From the NCBI RefSeq assembly GCF_009914755.1, contig NC_060925.1: a stretch of DNA of 64,000 nt. The stretch is one strand, 5' to 3'. Of this stretch, positions 34,542-57,440 are shown piece after piece. Under the pieces are notes generated by a model. The model did not search any database, was not told where the DNA came from, and saw only the letters and a list, made by a program, of their open reading frames with translations. The number at the start of each line of letters is the position of its first letter. Position 1 is the first letter of the stretch. The translations under genes and the position numbers were made by a program. This DNA comes from the human T2T-CHM13v2.0 reference genome, Homo sapiens.

Positions 34542-35820
34542 CTGTGAACAATTGATTGAAATAAGTCATGCATTGAGTGCCAAGATGCTTTCATACTTCA
34601 GTGTAGCTCTAATTATATTTAGAGAAAGGAATGGAAAGAACAAGCTTACATTACACTAATAGTAATGTAAATTTTGCCATTTATTTAAAGCAAAAAAAAA
34701 AAAGTAGCATAGTGGTGCTATTATGTTTCTTCAGTAGTTTATAGTAGATCCAAAATTTCTTTGCTAAACACTAAATTCATGATGCACAGTGTAACTAAAG
34801 GAGAAAAGTGGAACAGATAATATATACTTTTTGTTCTAGTTTCCCAAATCAATGAATTAGACACATAAATTCTACTACATACCTATTTGGTTTCCTAGGT
34901 CATCACAAAGGCTGCCAGTTTGGCCTACTTAGTGATCATTCTGTATTTGTTCATACACTCAACTGAATAAAATTTACAGTGATCACTATGCACCAGGCAC
35001 TGTGTTACATGTTAGGGAAACAAAGAACATCTGGTTCCTGCAGTGCAGAGCCTGCAGTCTTAAGGAAGCTCCACAAAAAGTAACTAAAATATTAAAGCAT
35101 AACATGTGCTGAACAAAACACTATAGACGCTCTGAAGACAAAGTGACCAATTGTACCTAAGAGAGGTAAGGAAGATTTAACAAAGAATGACAATTTAGCT
35201 TGAATTTGTATGGGTAAAATTTCACCAAACAAACAAGAACTATGGATATGCAAAGTCAAATTATGCAGGGACTGGTATGTACGTGTTCTGACAAGACTGA
35301 GTAGCTAAGTGTGTTGGAATTTGTTGGGCTATATGATGAAAGGCAGGTGAACTAGTTTGGGTATGGATTATTAATGGCTAAATGAAAGGATACAGACCCA
35401 ATCCTATGTCATAATTCATCACTGAATGTTTCTGAGCAGAGGTGTAACACGAACAGATGAAAACATTTTAAAAACCAACTTGGATTAGTACACGTGATAC
35501 CCTTTTACCCCTATCCCGTATGGACTCTTGCTGTTAGGCTGATACTATTCATACATTCACATAGTGAACTTTATAGGTTCAACAGGTTTTAGCTGACCTG
35601 GAAACCATTTGTAACACCATCTCTCTAAATGTGATCAAATTAAAAGTTAGTGGCTGAATTGGGTAATGGCCATTCTTATATGGCCTATGCAGATATGTTC
35701 CATACATTAGGCATGCACAATGGAAATATCCTCTATTTTAGGAGTAAACTTTAAAGAACACTACAGTGCTTTCCAAACTAAAATTCACAGATCATCACCA
35801 CTATTCTGTTTGCTTCATAC

Positions 35821-35985
35821 CTGGAAGTACTTGGGGAAGCCATCTCTATCATTTTTCTTGTAAAATCTTTTCGGGTCCATGCTGGCTCTCATCTTCAGTG
35901 CTTTGAGATCATTTTTCAGTTCATTTGTCATTTCTGGAGCTTTCATACCAAACCAGCCATCCCCTGCTGTTTTTTGTCGTTCTTT
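35821..35985 (-). CDS. DNTTIP2: DNTTIP2 exon 5 (Fcf2 domain)
   Basis: TTCAG|KERQKTAGDGWFGMKAPEMTNELKNDLKALKMRASMDPKRFYKKNDRDGFPKYFQ|GTATGA. Confidence 0.93.
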
Positions 35986-36867
35986 CTGAAATTATGATTT
36001 CAAAAATAAACATTCTAACAGCTAAGAGTATACATTATAATTCATTTCCCCTGAAGTAACACATACAGAAAATTTTGTAAATTAAAAACAAATGGTTACT
36101 TTATTGAAAGCACTTAAATCCAGAATCATAGAGATAAAAGGAATTAAATCACAAAAAGTGACTTCTCCGCTAAATTAGGGACAGGATTATCAGTTTCATA
36201 AATGAGGGCTCCGTAAAATCTATTTTCTGTCTCAGAGAGTAACTGCTGACTTGCTGGGAGAATAACACACAACTTCAATTTTTATTGTCTAAAACAGACT
36301 ATATGCAGTAAGAAAATGTATAAAAACACTTTCGTTTCTAGAGCTTATATGTAAACATTTTTATTCAGTCACCCAGGAGTCTCAGAATGCCACTCATACA
36401 AGGATCCAGAACCTTGTGTTATTTCTACAATAAAACAAAATACTATTCTTTAGAAAACTCCTACAAGTTATTTAATTTTGTTTCATTCATACAACAAGTA
36501 TTTAGTTAGTGCCTACCATGTGCCAGGGTGCTCCATATTATAGTAACATTACTAGAATACCATCCTCAACTTTCCTTCAAGCTCTCTGGATAACTAGTCG
36601 AAATGGCAGATAGAAGTAATCTATATATATATATATTTTTTTAAAAAACCTCTACTTATAGATGCACTATTGTGGCTGCAAAGATGTGAAAATCTATACA
36701 TAATGTGTTTATGGTACTATATTTTACAGCCCTTAGAAATCTGTAATTATTTTCTTTGGACTCATATATAGACCAACAGATACAGTTTAATTGTGCAGTT
36801 ATGTTGTATAAGCTGAAAATATATAGCCAAACATATCTAAGCATTTTAATTAAGTCACTGTACTTAC

Positions 36868-36963
36868 TCTGCGTTTTTTCTGAAGTTGATACTTTGATTC
36901 ACTATATGGTGGAACACAGTGGTTTTTTTCAAAATCAGGTGTAATGACGGCTTTCTGCAGAAG
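36868..36963 (-). CDS. DNTTIP2: DNTTIP2 exon 4
   Basis: TATAG|LLQKAVITPDFEKNHCVPPYSESKYQLQKKRR|GTAAGT; 96 nt. Confidence 0.92.
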
Positions 36964-37925
36964 CTATAAAAACATAAAATTGGTTTTAAAATAATGTCAG
37001 AATGTTATATAAGTTTTTCAACAGTTTAAACTTCTGTAAGTTTTAAAATTTTTAGTCAGCCTGGCAAAGTGGCTCACACCTATAATCCTAGTGCTTTGAG
37101 GAGGCCAAGGGAGGAGGATCACTTGAGGCCAGGAGTTTTAGACCACCTTGGTCAACATAGCAAGACCCTGACTGTAAAAAAAAAAAAAAAAAGAAAAGAA
37201 ATTAGTTGGGCATGGTGGCACACACCTGTAGTCCCAGCTACTCAGGACGCTAAGGCAGAAGGATCACTTGAGGCCAGGAGCTTGAGGCTGCAGCAAGCTA
37301 TGACTGTGCCACTCACTCCAGCCTGGGTGACAGAGTGAGACCCTGTCTCCCCCCAAACCCAGCTCCCTCCCAAAAAAAAAAAGAAAAAAGAAAAAAAAGG
37401 CCAGGCACGATGGCTCATGCCTATAATCCCAACTCTTTAGGAGGCCAAGGCAGGACAATCACTTGAGGCCAGGAGTTCAAGACTAGCCTGGGTAACATAA
37501 GAAAACGCCATTTCTCCAAAATAAATAAATAAATTTGTGCAGTCAAATCTGTTTATCTTTTCCTAAATGATTTCTGTACTTTTGTTACTTGACTAGGATG
37601 ATTATATTCTCCTAAAACTCTGTGTGACTAAAGGAACCTCAGGTTAATTAGTATTTTTCTCAGTACAAGAACCAAGTAAGACTGCTCTGTAGCCCTCAAA
37701 ATAGTTTACAGGAATATAGTACAAGCATTAATTTGGGACTGACATTTGAAATGATCAACTCAGAAATTAACAGTCAGGCACACAATTCAGGTTCAGGCCT
37801 AGATGTTTCTGTGTGGTATAGGTAGCCGTCTAGGCTTTCCTATCACTCATAAAAGGGGGCATGATATTTACTTAACAAATGATTAAGAGTTTGCTGTGAG
37901 TCAAGTACTGTAGTACATTCAAGGA

Positions 37926-38119
37926 CAGTGGTTCTCAACTGGGAGCATCTGGCAATGTCTGGAGACATTTTTGGTGGTGGTGAGGATAAGGAAGAATGCT
38001 ACTGACATCTAGTGGGCAAAAGATAGGGATGCTGTTAAACATCCTACTATGCACGGAACATCTCACAACAAAATTATGCAGCCCAAAACATCAGTAGTGC
38101 TGAGACTGAAAAACCCTGT
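37926..38119 (+). mobile_element. MER20 DNA transposon
   Basis: CAGTGGTTCTCAAC..GGCAATGTCTGGAGACATTTTTGG..GAAAAACCCTG. Confidence 0.8.
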
Positions 38120-39393
38120 TTTAGGAATATAAAGAAAAGATGGTAAGTTAATATATCACATGATCAACAATGAATCAGATCTATGCTAGATGTTATGGAA
38201 ACAGAGGGGTTGTGAGAAGGACTGGAGGTAAAATATTCCCCAAGGGCAACGATCAATTATTTTGCACTTGCTTGGGGAAAAGCAGGGTAAGTTCAGGCAA
38301 CTACAGTAGTCTTCAGTGGCAAGAATAGAGCAGATGACAGCTGGGTGGGGTAGAGAGGTACTTTGAAGGATTCAAGAGAATACTGTCACATCTGTGTGTG
38401 TGGTGTGTTTTTTGGGGCAGGGAGGAGAGATGTGGTCTAGCTATGTTGCCCAGGTTGGTCTCAAACTCCTGGGCTTAAACAATTCTCCTGCCTCAGCCTC
38501 CCAAAGTGCTGGGATTATAGATGTGAGCTACCTTGCCCAGCCGGATTTGTGTTTTTAGACAGAGAAATCTAGAAGTGTGGAGGATGGCTTGAAGAACAAG
38601 ATGAAAACAAGATCAATAAGGAAGCCACTGGAGTAGTCCAGATGAGAAGCAAAGGCCTGCACTAGCTGGTGACAGTCGCTTGAAAAGGAGGAAGCAGAGA
38701 AATATCTTCCCCTAGAGGCTTGGTGACTGACTACAAAAGGAAAAGAGAGTTTGGTTTCATTAGCCAGAAAAAAGAATACAAGAAGAGGATTCCTGGTTCA
38801 GGCAGGGAAAGGGGAATTAGTGACGTCAAGTACCTGAGGACATCTAAATGAACAAATAGGTACTTGGATTTAAAGGTCTGAAAGTGACAGTGAGAAGCAT
38901 CAAGGCTAGAAAATATAGATTTAGGAGAAAACAGTGCAAGGTGTTGGCTAAAGCTAAGGGTTTGGGTAAAGTTACCTTAACAGTAATTCCTTCTGAAATT
39001 ATATGTAAAATGTCTATATGCACATGTGCATTTTTTTCCGGGTGGAAGAGGCAGGCAGGCATTCACAGCTTTCAGATTCTCAACAGTCTACACTAGTTAA
39101 GAACTTAAGAACTAAAAGTATAGCAAGAAAAGGGAAAAAAACAAAACCCCTGGGATCATAATTGGTGGGTGTAAGATGAGGAACACTGACCCTGTATTGA
39201 TTTATTTTTAAAGCATTATCATTCATAGATAGGATTTTATTGTAAAAAGAAATGACTGTTTTAGAGAGAAGGAAAAAACTAACACATTAGGCCAATGTGG
39301 TTTCACTGTAGGAAAATTAAGTCTTTTACCAAGGACTAATTTCTAAAAGTGATTGGTTAGTTCTGTGAAAACCTAACAGCACAATTAACTTAC

Positions 39394-39532
39394 CTCATTT
39401 TTCTTTTTCTCCTTGATCTGTGTTAGGGTTCTCTTGTTAGACTGTAGTTTATCTGCATTAAAATTAATATACAAACCACCCAACTGCTTGATACTCAGAC
39501 CAGGGTCTATGCTGCTGCTTGTCAACTTCAGA
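39394..39532 (-). CDS. DNTTIP2: DNTTIP2 exon 3
   Basis: TTTCAG|..LKLTSSSIDPGLSIKQLGGLYINF..KKKNE|GTAAGT; 139 nt, phase-consistent. Confidence 0.92.
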
Positions 39533-39714
39533 CTGAAAAAGAAATCATCACTTAAAGATCAAGTAATTAAATCAAAATGGAAACATATAAGATGGCATTT
39601 TAAAAAATCACTTATTCTTCTCTTCCCTTGTATTGTCCACAATAAAGAAAAAAAAGCATCTTATTTTTATGAGGAATTCCTGAAAAAAAACTCTAAATAA
39701 ATATATTTTTCATC

Positions 39715-42285
<2,571 letters not shown>

Positions 42286-42521
42286 AGATTGATTTCTAAT
42301 ATGTCACCAAAAGGAGCACCTTTAGCTATGATTGGTGGGAAAAATATGACTAAAATAGGTATCCAAAAAGACAAGGGAAATGCTGGATAGAAGAGCCATT
42401 CCATGAAGAACCCAAGGCAGTGATTTTCTCATTCCCCAGGCTAACATTTCATATTTTTATGGTAAATTAACCACTTGAAATACATGTATCAAAAACTTAT
42501 AAAAATAAAGGAAAAACTTAC

Positions 42522-44116
42522 AGTTTAGCCTTTGTGCTATTTAGGAAGTCTTCTTCATCACTAAACTCATCTTCATTTTCGTCATGGTCTGATGAATCTT
42601 CTTCACTTTTTTCATCCTCTTCCTCTTCTTTTTCTTCCTCAATGGCAACCTCACTTGCCTTGTCTTCCTCTTCCAAGTAAAAATTTTTATCAGCACTCAT
42701 TCCAGGAGTTGTGTCAATTACAAACAATGCATTGTCACATGACAGACTTCCTGTGTCTCCACTTAATGACTCCCTTTGGCCACTATTTTCAACAAAACAT
42801 AAAGTATCCTCTTCATTCTCACTGTTTTCAGACTGTTGGCTTTCATCACTGCTGAGAACTAGTAAGACAGAATTATCTTTACCCTGAGATGTGTTGGGCG
42901 CAGACGTGTATAGTTTGGTATCACATTCAAAATCTACATTCCCTTCACTGTTCATGTCTTCACTGACACTTATAACTGTGGACTCTTCTTCATCATCACT
43001 ACCACCACAATCACCAAACTTTGTCAAGTCACTTGCTTTTATGGGGCTCTTTTTGTTGTTATTCCATCTGCCTACTTCCACAGTTGCAAATGTTTGAGTT
43101 AATGATTTCATTACAGCCTCAGAGTTCAGATTAGAGTGCACTGATACAGCATTTTTATTTTGGGGGGTTGAATGTCTCTGAGAAACTAACTGTTGAAGGC
43201 TAGTGTCCTGAAGTTCAGAAAGATTCTTCAGCTGAGAACTTTTCTCATTAATTTCTTTCCCCTCATCTGTTATTCCATTGGCATCTTCATCCAAATCCTT
43301 ACAATTCTGTTTTGTTTCTTTAAGAGATTCAACATTGGCCTGTTCGTGCACTGTTAATATATTTTCTGAACTTCTGTGGGAGAAATCATCATCAAAGTCA
43401 TTATTATAGAAATTTGGCTTATTTATCTCAGAAAGAGATCTTGCTTGTAAATGGGAAGTTTGTCTGGTATCTGAATCCTCTGAATTCACAGGTGTACCCA
43501 CGATCTGTTTCTCATTTCCTGGTACAATCTTACTATCTTTCTTTTCAGTTTGTGCCTTTAATTTCCTCTGCATACTCCTGGTTCTTCTAGTTGCAATTCC
43601 AGAGAATGAAATGTCTGAGCTTGATGTCTCAGCATCAGATATAGCTTCTGTATGAGATTCTTGGCTTGGATCTGTCAGAGATTTAGCCTTACTTCTTCTG
43701 GCTCCTGTAGTTTTTTCTGTAGGAAGCACAATTCTAGAAATACCTGAAACATGAGATTCTGCTTCAGACACTATTTCTTCAGTGTAAGACTCCTTTGTTG
43801 GAGTTACTTTCGGCTTTTTCCTAACACTGGACACTGGGGAGCATGCAATTAAGATCTGCCTTCTCCTAGTTACCCTTAAAATGGTATCATGGTGCTCAGA
43901 CACAGAATAATTTGACTCTGCCTCAGAGGTCTCTCCATCCGTAGATGGTTCAGTCCCCTTTGGTAGTGAGCCTGTAGTTCTGCTCTTCCTCTTTCTAGCT
44001 TTAGGAGTTCTAGGGATTAAACTTTGCTTCCCAGTGGTCTGTGATTCAGCAGTAGTTCGGGCATCAGATCCAGTACTACTTTCTGGATGCGCTTGAATCC
44101 CATTAGCAGCAAAACT
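42522..44116 (-). CDS. DNTTIP2: DNTTIP2 exon 2 (1595 nt, acidic/disordered region)
   Basis: 534-aa ORF SFAANGIQAHPESS..FLNSTKAK; acceptor TTGCAG, donor CT|GTAAGT. Confidence 0.96.
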
Positions 44117-44278
44117 CTGCAAACCAGAGAAAACACACTGTAATTTAGGTAGGGCTGGAACAAGGGCAAAGCAAATGAAATACTGACCCCAAAAGCTAAA
44201 ACCCAGTAAACAAGATTACCTTTAAAACAAAAAACAAAAAAACCTGCCCAACTCATGATTTTTAAAAAATCAAAATTT

Positions 44279-44580
44279 GGCCGGGCGCGGTGGCTTACGG
44301 CTGTAATCCCAGCACTCTGGGAGGCCGAGGCAGGTGGATCACGAGGTCAGGAGTTCGAGACAGCTTGGCCAACATAGTGAAACCCCATCTCTACTCAAAG
44401 TAAAAAAATTAGCGGGGCGTGTTGGTGCGCACCTGTAATCCCAACTACTCAGGAGCCTGAGGCAGAAGAATTGTTGGAATCCGGGAGGCAGAAGTTGCAG
44501 TGAGCCGAGGCTGCGCCACTGCACTCTAGCCTGGGCGACAGAGCAAGACTCCGAATCAAAAACAAACAAACAAAAAAATC
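44279..44580 (+). repeat. Alu in DNTTIP2 intron 1
   Basis: Full Alu; TSD AAAAATCAAAATTT. Confidence 0.9.
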
Positions 44581-45330
44581 AAAATTTAAACACTGGAGCC
44601 AACCCTGCATTTACTTCACTAGCCTCATCCTTCCTAGATGTAACTTCAGAAGCAGAACGATTAAAATTTTTCTGTTTAAAGTCAAATATAATGGGTAGAC
44701 CAACATTCTGACCCACCTATAGAAGAGGGGAGAAAGGGAATATTAACTCTGAACACCGATGTGTTTAGGAACACACTGATGGAATCAGTCGCCGCCCTTA
44801 CCTTTACGTACAGGAAAAAATCGCCGCCGCTCCGTTCCCTGCATCGCTGAGTCAGAATGAGACAGCCGACTAACGCCACTAAGAGTCACCAGGCGACGAC
44901 ACCACAGCCCTCCTCACGCCTTAAGGAGGTGATGCTGGACAGCTGCCAGCCTCCCCACGTGAAAACGAAGCTTTTTTTCCAGCCCCCCTAAATGGGGCTT
45001 GTGCATGGTGGCCGAAATTAACCCTCCTTGGTACCGTGTTAACAGTAAGGTTTAAAAGTTCGAACTGTGCTTCTGCATTAAGGAGTTGAACGACCCAAAT
45101 AAAGTTATCTAACCTCTCTTCCATACTAAAAATTGCCTTAAGAGACAGTGGTGAAGGCTAAACAGTTTCCGTGACAGGCTTAGCACGGGGCCTGGGAGAC
45201 CCAAGCGCGCGGCAAGCTCGGGTCCTCTCTGTCGGCAGGTCCTCACCCTTAACCGGACCCTTGCGCCGCCCCGCCTGACTGAGCGCGGCTCTGCGAAGCG
45301 GCGAGAAGTAGGGAAGACTGGATTTCCTAC

Positions 45331-45402
45331 CTTTTGCCCGGAACTTTCAGCCGACGCGGCTTGGATGCTGGCCTTAGCCCGTGCAGATCTGGTAACCACC
45401 AT
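45331..45402 (-). CDS. DNTTIP2: DNTTIP2 exon 1 coding part (deoxynucleotidyltransferase terminal-interacting protein 2)
   Basis: ATG at 45402, MVVTRSARAKASIQAASAESSGQK, donor AAG|GTAGGA. Confidence 0.94.
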
Positions 45403-45680
45403 CTTTCCGGCTCCCTCGCGACCACCACGACTTCCCTCTTCCCTGGCGCTCCGGAAATGCGTCAGAGAACTGCCTCGAGCGCGTTTTCCGCGCAGATCCG
45501 AGAATTCGCGAGAATCTCCGCCCAGCCAGTTCAGGCCCGGGCGGTCAGAGACAAAGGGCCTGGGTTTAAGTGTGCATTTCAGAGCTGTAGAAGGCAAGCC
45601 AGATTTTTGCTGGGAAAGACCTTCATCGGGGCGGCGAAGCCCGCAGTGACAGAGGGTCTTAGCGTACCCGTTCACATGAA
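45403..45680 (-). promoter_or_regulatory. DNTTIP2 CpG-rich promoter/5'UTR
   Basis: CpG-rich; ETS-like CCGGAAA sites; YY1-like AAGATGG over the start codon; near-palindromic TTCGCGAGA at ~45505. Confidence 0.7.
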
Positions 45681-46410
45681 TTGTAAAAACGCACTTACAT
45701 GCCATTCGTTCTTTCATTTGTTTAGTAGAATCGTTTGAACCCGGGAGGCGTTCTTTCATTTCTACGTTCTAAAGAGCTTAATGTAGCCATTGGTATGTCC
45801 AAGGGAGAAGTTTGAGATATTTGTGCTTTTTAAAAAAAGACAATATTTACTCGTGTATTGTGACGCTAACTATAAATAAAATTTAAGGACTTGGTTGGGG
45901 TAAAAGGGATATAAGGTGCTCGCAGGAACTGGGAGACGAAGTGGAAAGCTGTATAATCTAAACGTGAGATGGTGTTTAGGGATTGGGAATAGCAGAAAAG
46001 AAAAAAACGTTAAAGAAATTGTAAAGGAGAAGAATAAGGTTTTGTTGTTGTTGTTGTTGTTGTTATTGTCACAGTGAAAGGAAGAGTATGACCAGAATCA
46101 AGAGGTTTCTTTGGTTATCTTTTGAGATAAAAGGTAGAGAACTATGTTTGAGGGGATGGGAAGGGGTTGAAAAAATAAGTAAACGCAAATTATTGTTGGA
46201 GGTGAGAAAGGATGAATGAGTGCCTCACCAAACCTAGTCTCTACTTCATGACAGAAAACCAATTTTTTATTTAAAGTCACAGAACACTGTGTCGATGGAC
46301 ACACTGCTTCCCAGCTTAAAATAGCTTATTTTATAGTCTCTCTTGCAGCCAAATGTGGCTATGTGACTACGTTTTAGCCAATTAGGTATAAATTGTGTGC
46401 ATGTCTTTAG

Positions 46411-46755
<345 letters not shown>

Positions 46756-47872
46756 CTCCTGATCTTTTAAAGTGCATTTTACTTCCTGGAAAGTTGGGTT
46801 CGCTGGTTTTCAGGCGGCAAGTTTGTGCCATAAGGATGAAGGCATGCTTTAGAGATGGCATAGCAGTGAGATGGAAAAATCAACTTGTGGAGCTGCCCTA
46901 TGAGCCCTCAAGAGCCGCCTTCTAGATTTTTCACCTGATGGAAACACCTTGTTAAAAGCCACTGTTAATTAAGGATTTTTCTATTTGCAGCCGAGCCTAA
47001 TGCTAACTGAACTGGATAATAAGCAGAGATGTGGGTGTAGTCAGAAAAGAATGCACCTTCCTTTGAGCCAGGAGGAAAGAGTTGATATCTGAAACAGAGA
47101 GGAGAATGTGAATGCAAGTATGTTCAAGTGGAGTGAAGAAGAGAAGATTTTGGGTAGATAATAACCTCTGTAAGTAGGTGATACATCTCAGAAGAATGGA
47201 AATGGTTTATATCAACATTTGTGGCAAATGTGGTAAGAAGCAAAAATAAATTTTAGTAGGGCCAAGTAGCAGTGAGACTATGTAAGAAGATGAACAGAAG
47301 AGAAAGGTTAGATTTGAGGAGGAGACAAATCGTGTAGAAGGAAAGTGAACCAATTGGATGTAGGTTGTGGAGATCAAAGCATCAAAGAACAACAGCATCA
47401 ATCATAATAGTATTGGCCACTTAATATCTGCTGGATACTAATCTACGTGCTTTACATGTATTCATTCATTTAATCTCCACATCTTTAATTTGAGCAAATG
47501 CATGAAAATAGAAATTAAGATGACAGAGGTAGGTGTAGAAAACTGGAGAGAATATTAGAAAATCATGCAATGTCTAATACTCACTTGCAAGCATGGCCCT
47601 TTCAAGTAAAGAAAAAAAAAAAGGAGAAAACCAACTCATATACAATCTAAGGTCAAGAAACAAACGTAAGATACTAAAATTGTCAGTACATAGTTATAAT
47701 ATGAGAAGATTGAGCTGGTCTATCAACAAATCTACCATAGGCCAAAAAAAAAAGAAGTGTTTTTACGTGGGCTTACCAGGTTTGCCATATTCTTTGCCTA
47801 TCTTCTTTATCTGAAGTGGATTTAGGGCAAATACAGTATATTTAATTTTAGGTATATATAGTATATACAATA

Positions 47873-48270
47873 CAGTTGACCCTTGAACAACACGGGTTTG
47901 AACTGGGAAGTTTCACTTATGCAGTGATTTTCTTCTGCCTCCACCACCCCTGGACAGAAAGACCAACCCCTCCTCTTCCTCCTCAGCTTACTTAACATGA
48001 AGACAAGGATGAAGACCTTTATGATGATCCACTTCCACTTCTCTTCCTTATGATTCTCTTAAAATTTTCTTTTCTCGTTTATTGTAAGAATGCAATATAT
48101 AATATATACAACATATAAAATATGTATTAATCAACTAGTTACCTGCAAGGCTTCTGGTCAATAGTAGGCTATTAGTAGTTAAGTTTTGGGGTAGTCAAAA
48201 GTTATCTGTGGATTTTCAACTGTGCAGGGGGGTCAATGCCCCAACCCCCACATTTTTTAACGGTAACCAG
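47873..48270 (+). mobile_element. Tigger2-type (Tigger2a/MER28) DNA transposon
   Basis: TA|CAGTTGACCCTTGAACAACACGGGTTTGAACTG with a degenerate right TIR followed by TA. Confidence 0.8.
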
Positions 48271-48890
48271 TACTATTACTCAGGCCCAAAAGGAAATTTA
48301 CCTTAAATAATCTATATTTTACTAATTAAATCCTTAAACTGAAAGGTCAAAGCTCCCTGGAATTTTAGGCATTAACCAAAAGATGAGAGTTTTAGTGCAT
48401 GAGCCTTCTAAAAATGCATACTATTCATGGTCATTCTGCATTGTTACATGTAAAACATTACTATTAAAATTAAGTTTGACCTGTAAGATGTCCAGTGATC
48501 CCATTTTCTGGTCTTCAAACCTTTGAATGTGGGCTGGACTTAGTGAGTTCTAATGAAACGAGTATGACAAAAATGATGGATGTCACTTTCAGGATTAGGT
48601 TAACAAAAGGCTGGCTTCTATCTTGCTCTCTCTCAATCATTCACTCTGTAGGAACCTAGCTGTACGTTATAAGCTGTCCTTTGAAGAGAACACTGTGGCA
48701 AGGAACTGAGTGAAGGAGGCCTCTGGCCTACACCCAGTGAAGAATTAAGGAACTCAGTCTGACAACGTGTGAGGCACTGAGTCCTGCCAACAACTACACG
48801 AGTGAGCTTGGAAACAGACCCTCAATCCAGCCTTCAGGTGAGACTGCAGTCTTGACTTATCCATTGCTGCATCTGGATGCCTCAAAGTCA

Positions 48891-51263
<2,373 letters not shown>

Positions 51264-51449
51264 AACAGATGCAGCCTTTTATTGCTCTTATTCACATACA
51301 GATTCCTCCCTTTCCCCCCAAATATATCGTATATTCCTTGGGTATAGGAGTTATTTTTCATCTGTGTCCATCTGTAGCACAGTGCCTAACACATAGCAGG
51401 CATTCAATAAATCTTTGTGGAATGAATTAATGCATAAATAGCTTTATGA

Positions 51450-55243
<3,794 letters not shown>

Positions 55244-55413
55244 TTAAGAACCCCTTCTTTTAGCTTGTAAAATGTAGCCTTTTGATTTGATAATTCCTCT
55301 ACTTTTCACAATGACCGAATACCGCAGTAGCCACAGCGGCACCCACTCGTGCGCTTGAATGTCAGGAATGCTTTCCTGAAGAGCTTCTTGGAAACTTGCT
55401 TCAGAAAGCAGTT
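55244..55413 (-). CDS. GCLM: GCLM last coding exon (glutamate-cysteine ligase modifier subunit)
   Basis: TTTTAG|..LLSEASFQEALQESIPDIQAHEWVPLWLLRYSVIVKSRGIIKSKGYILQAKRRGS*. Confidence 0.95.
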
Positions 55414-56130
55414 CTAAAAGAAACAACAACAAACAAAACTCCAGCGTGTTAAATTGGAAAACAAAAAAGCACTTTAGTATGTAGGTAAGCATTTAACATA
55501 ACAAAAGAAACACCTCAACATTTAATATATAATATGCTTATTCTTCATGTGTGTGCTATGAATCTGAACCAGAATATTAGAAATTCCCAGGCAGTTATTT
55601 AAAAAGTATCTACACCTGTACCCCAGCCTATTTAATTCTTAACTTCTGGTGAGTGGAGCCTAGACATCTGCAGTTTTTTAAAGATCTCCAGGTGATTCTA
55701 ATGTATAGTCAGGGAAAATACAGGAAAGTCTAAAGAAAAAAAAAGTAACTGATAATCCTATCAATTGGAGATGATATAACATTGTCATGCATTTCCTTAC
55801 AACTTTTTTGGTGTATATGAGTATATATCTTCATATATATATATATATCTTCATCCATATCTTGAATCTCTATATATCTCTAGATCTTATATCTGTATGT
55901 GTGTGTGTATATCCATATCTTACAAAATTAGAAATCACACTGTAGTTAAAGCCTTATTTGCTTATCTTTTTCCACTTATATTGTGAATATTTTCCCATGT
56001 AATAGTCTGTGAAAAGATCATTTTTAATAATTTCCCCATTACTATATTACATAGATATCATAATTCATATATTTCCTTATTATTGGTCAAAACATTTATG
56101 TTTTTCCTAGTATTTTGCTAATAAGAATAA

Positions 56131-56463
<333 letters not shown>

Positions 56464-56466
56464 TCG

Positions 56467-57440
<974 letters not shown>

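Noticed and set aside
45109-45759. 216-aa ORF suggesting an N-terminally extended DNTTIP2
   Set aside because: Its start lies in the promoter insertion well upstream of the likely TSS, and the frame runs through the exon-1 donor into the intron; only 45402-45331 is supported.
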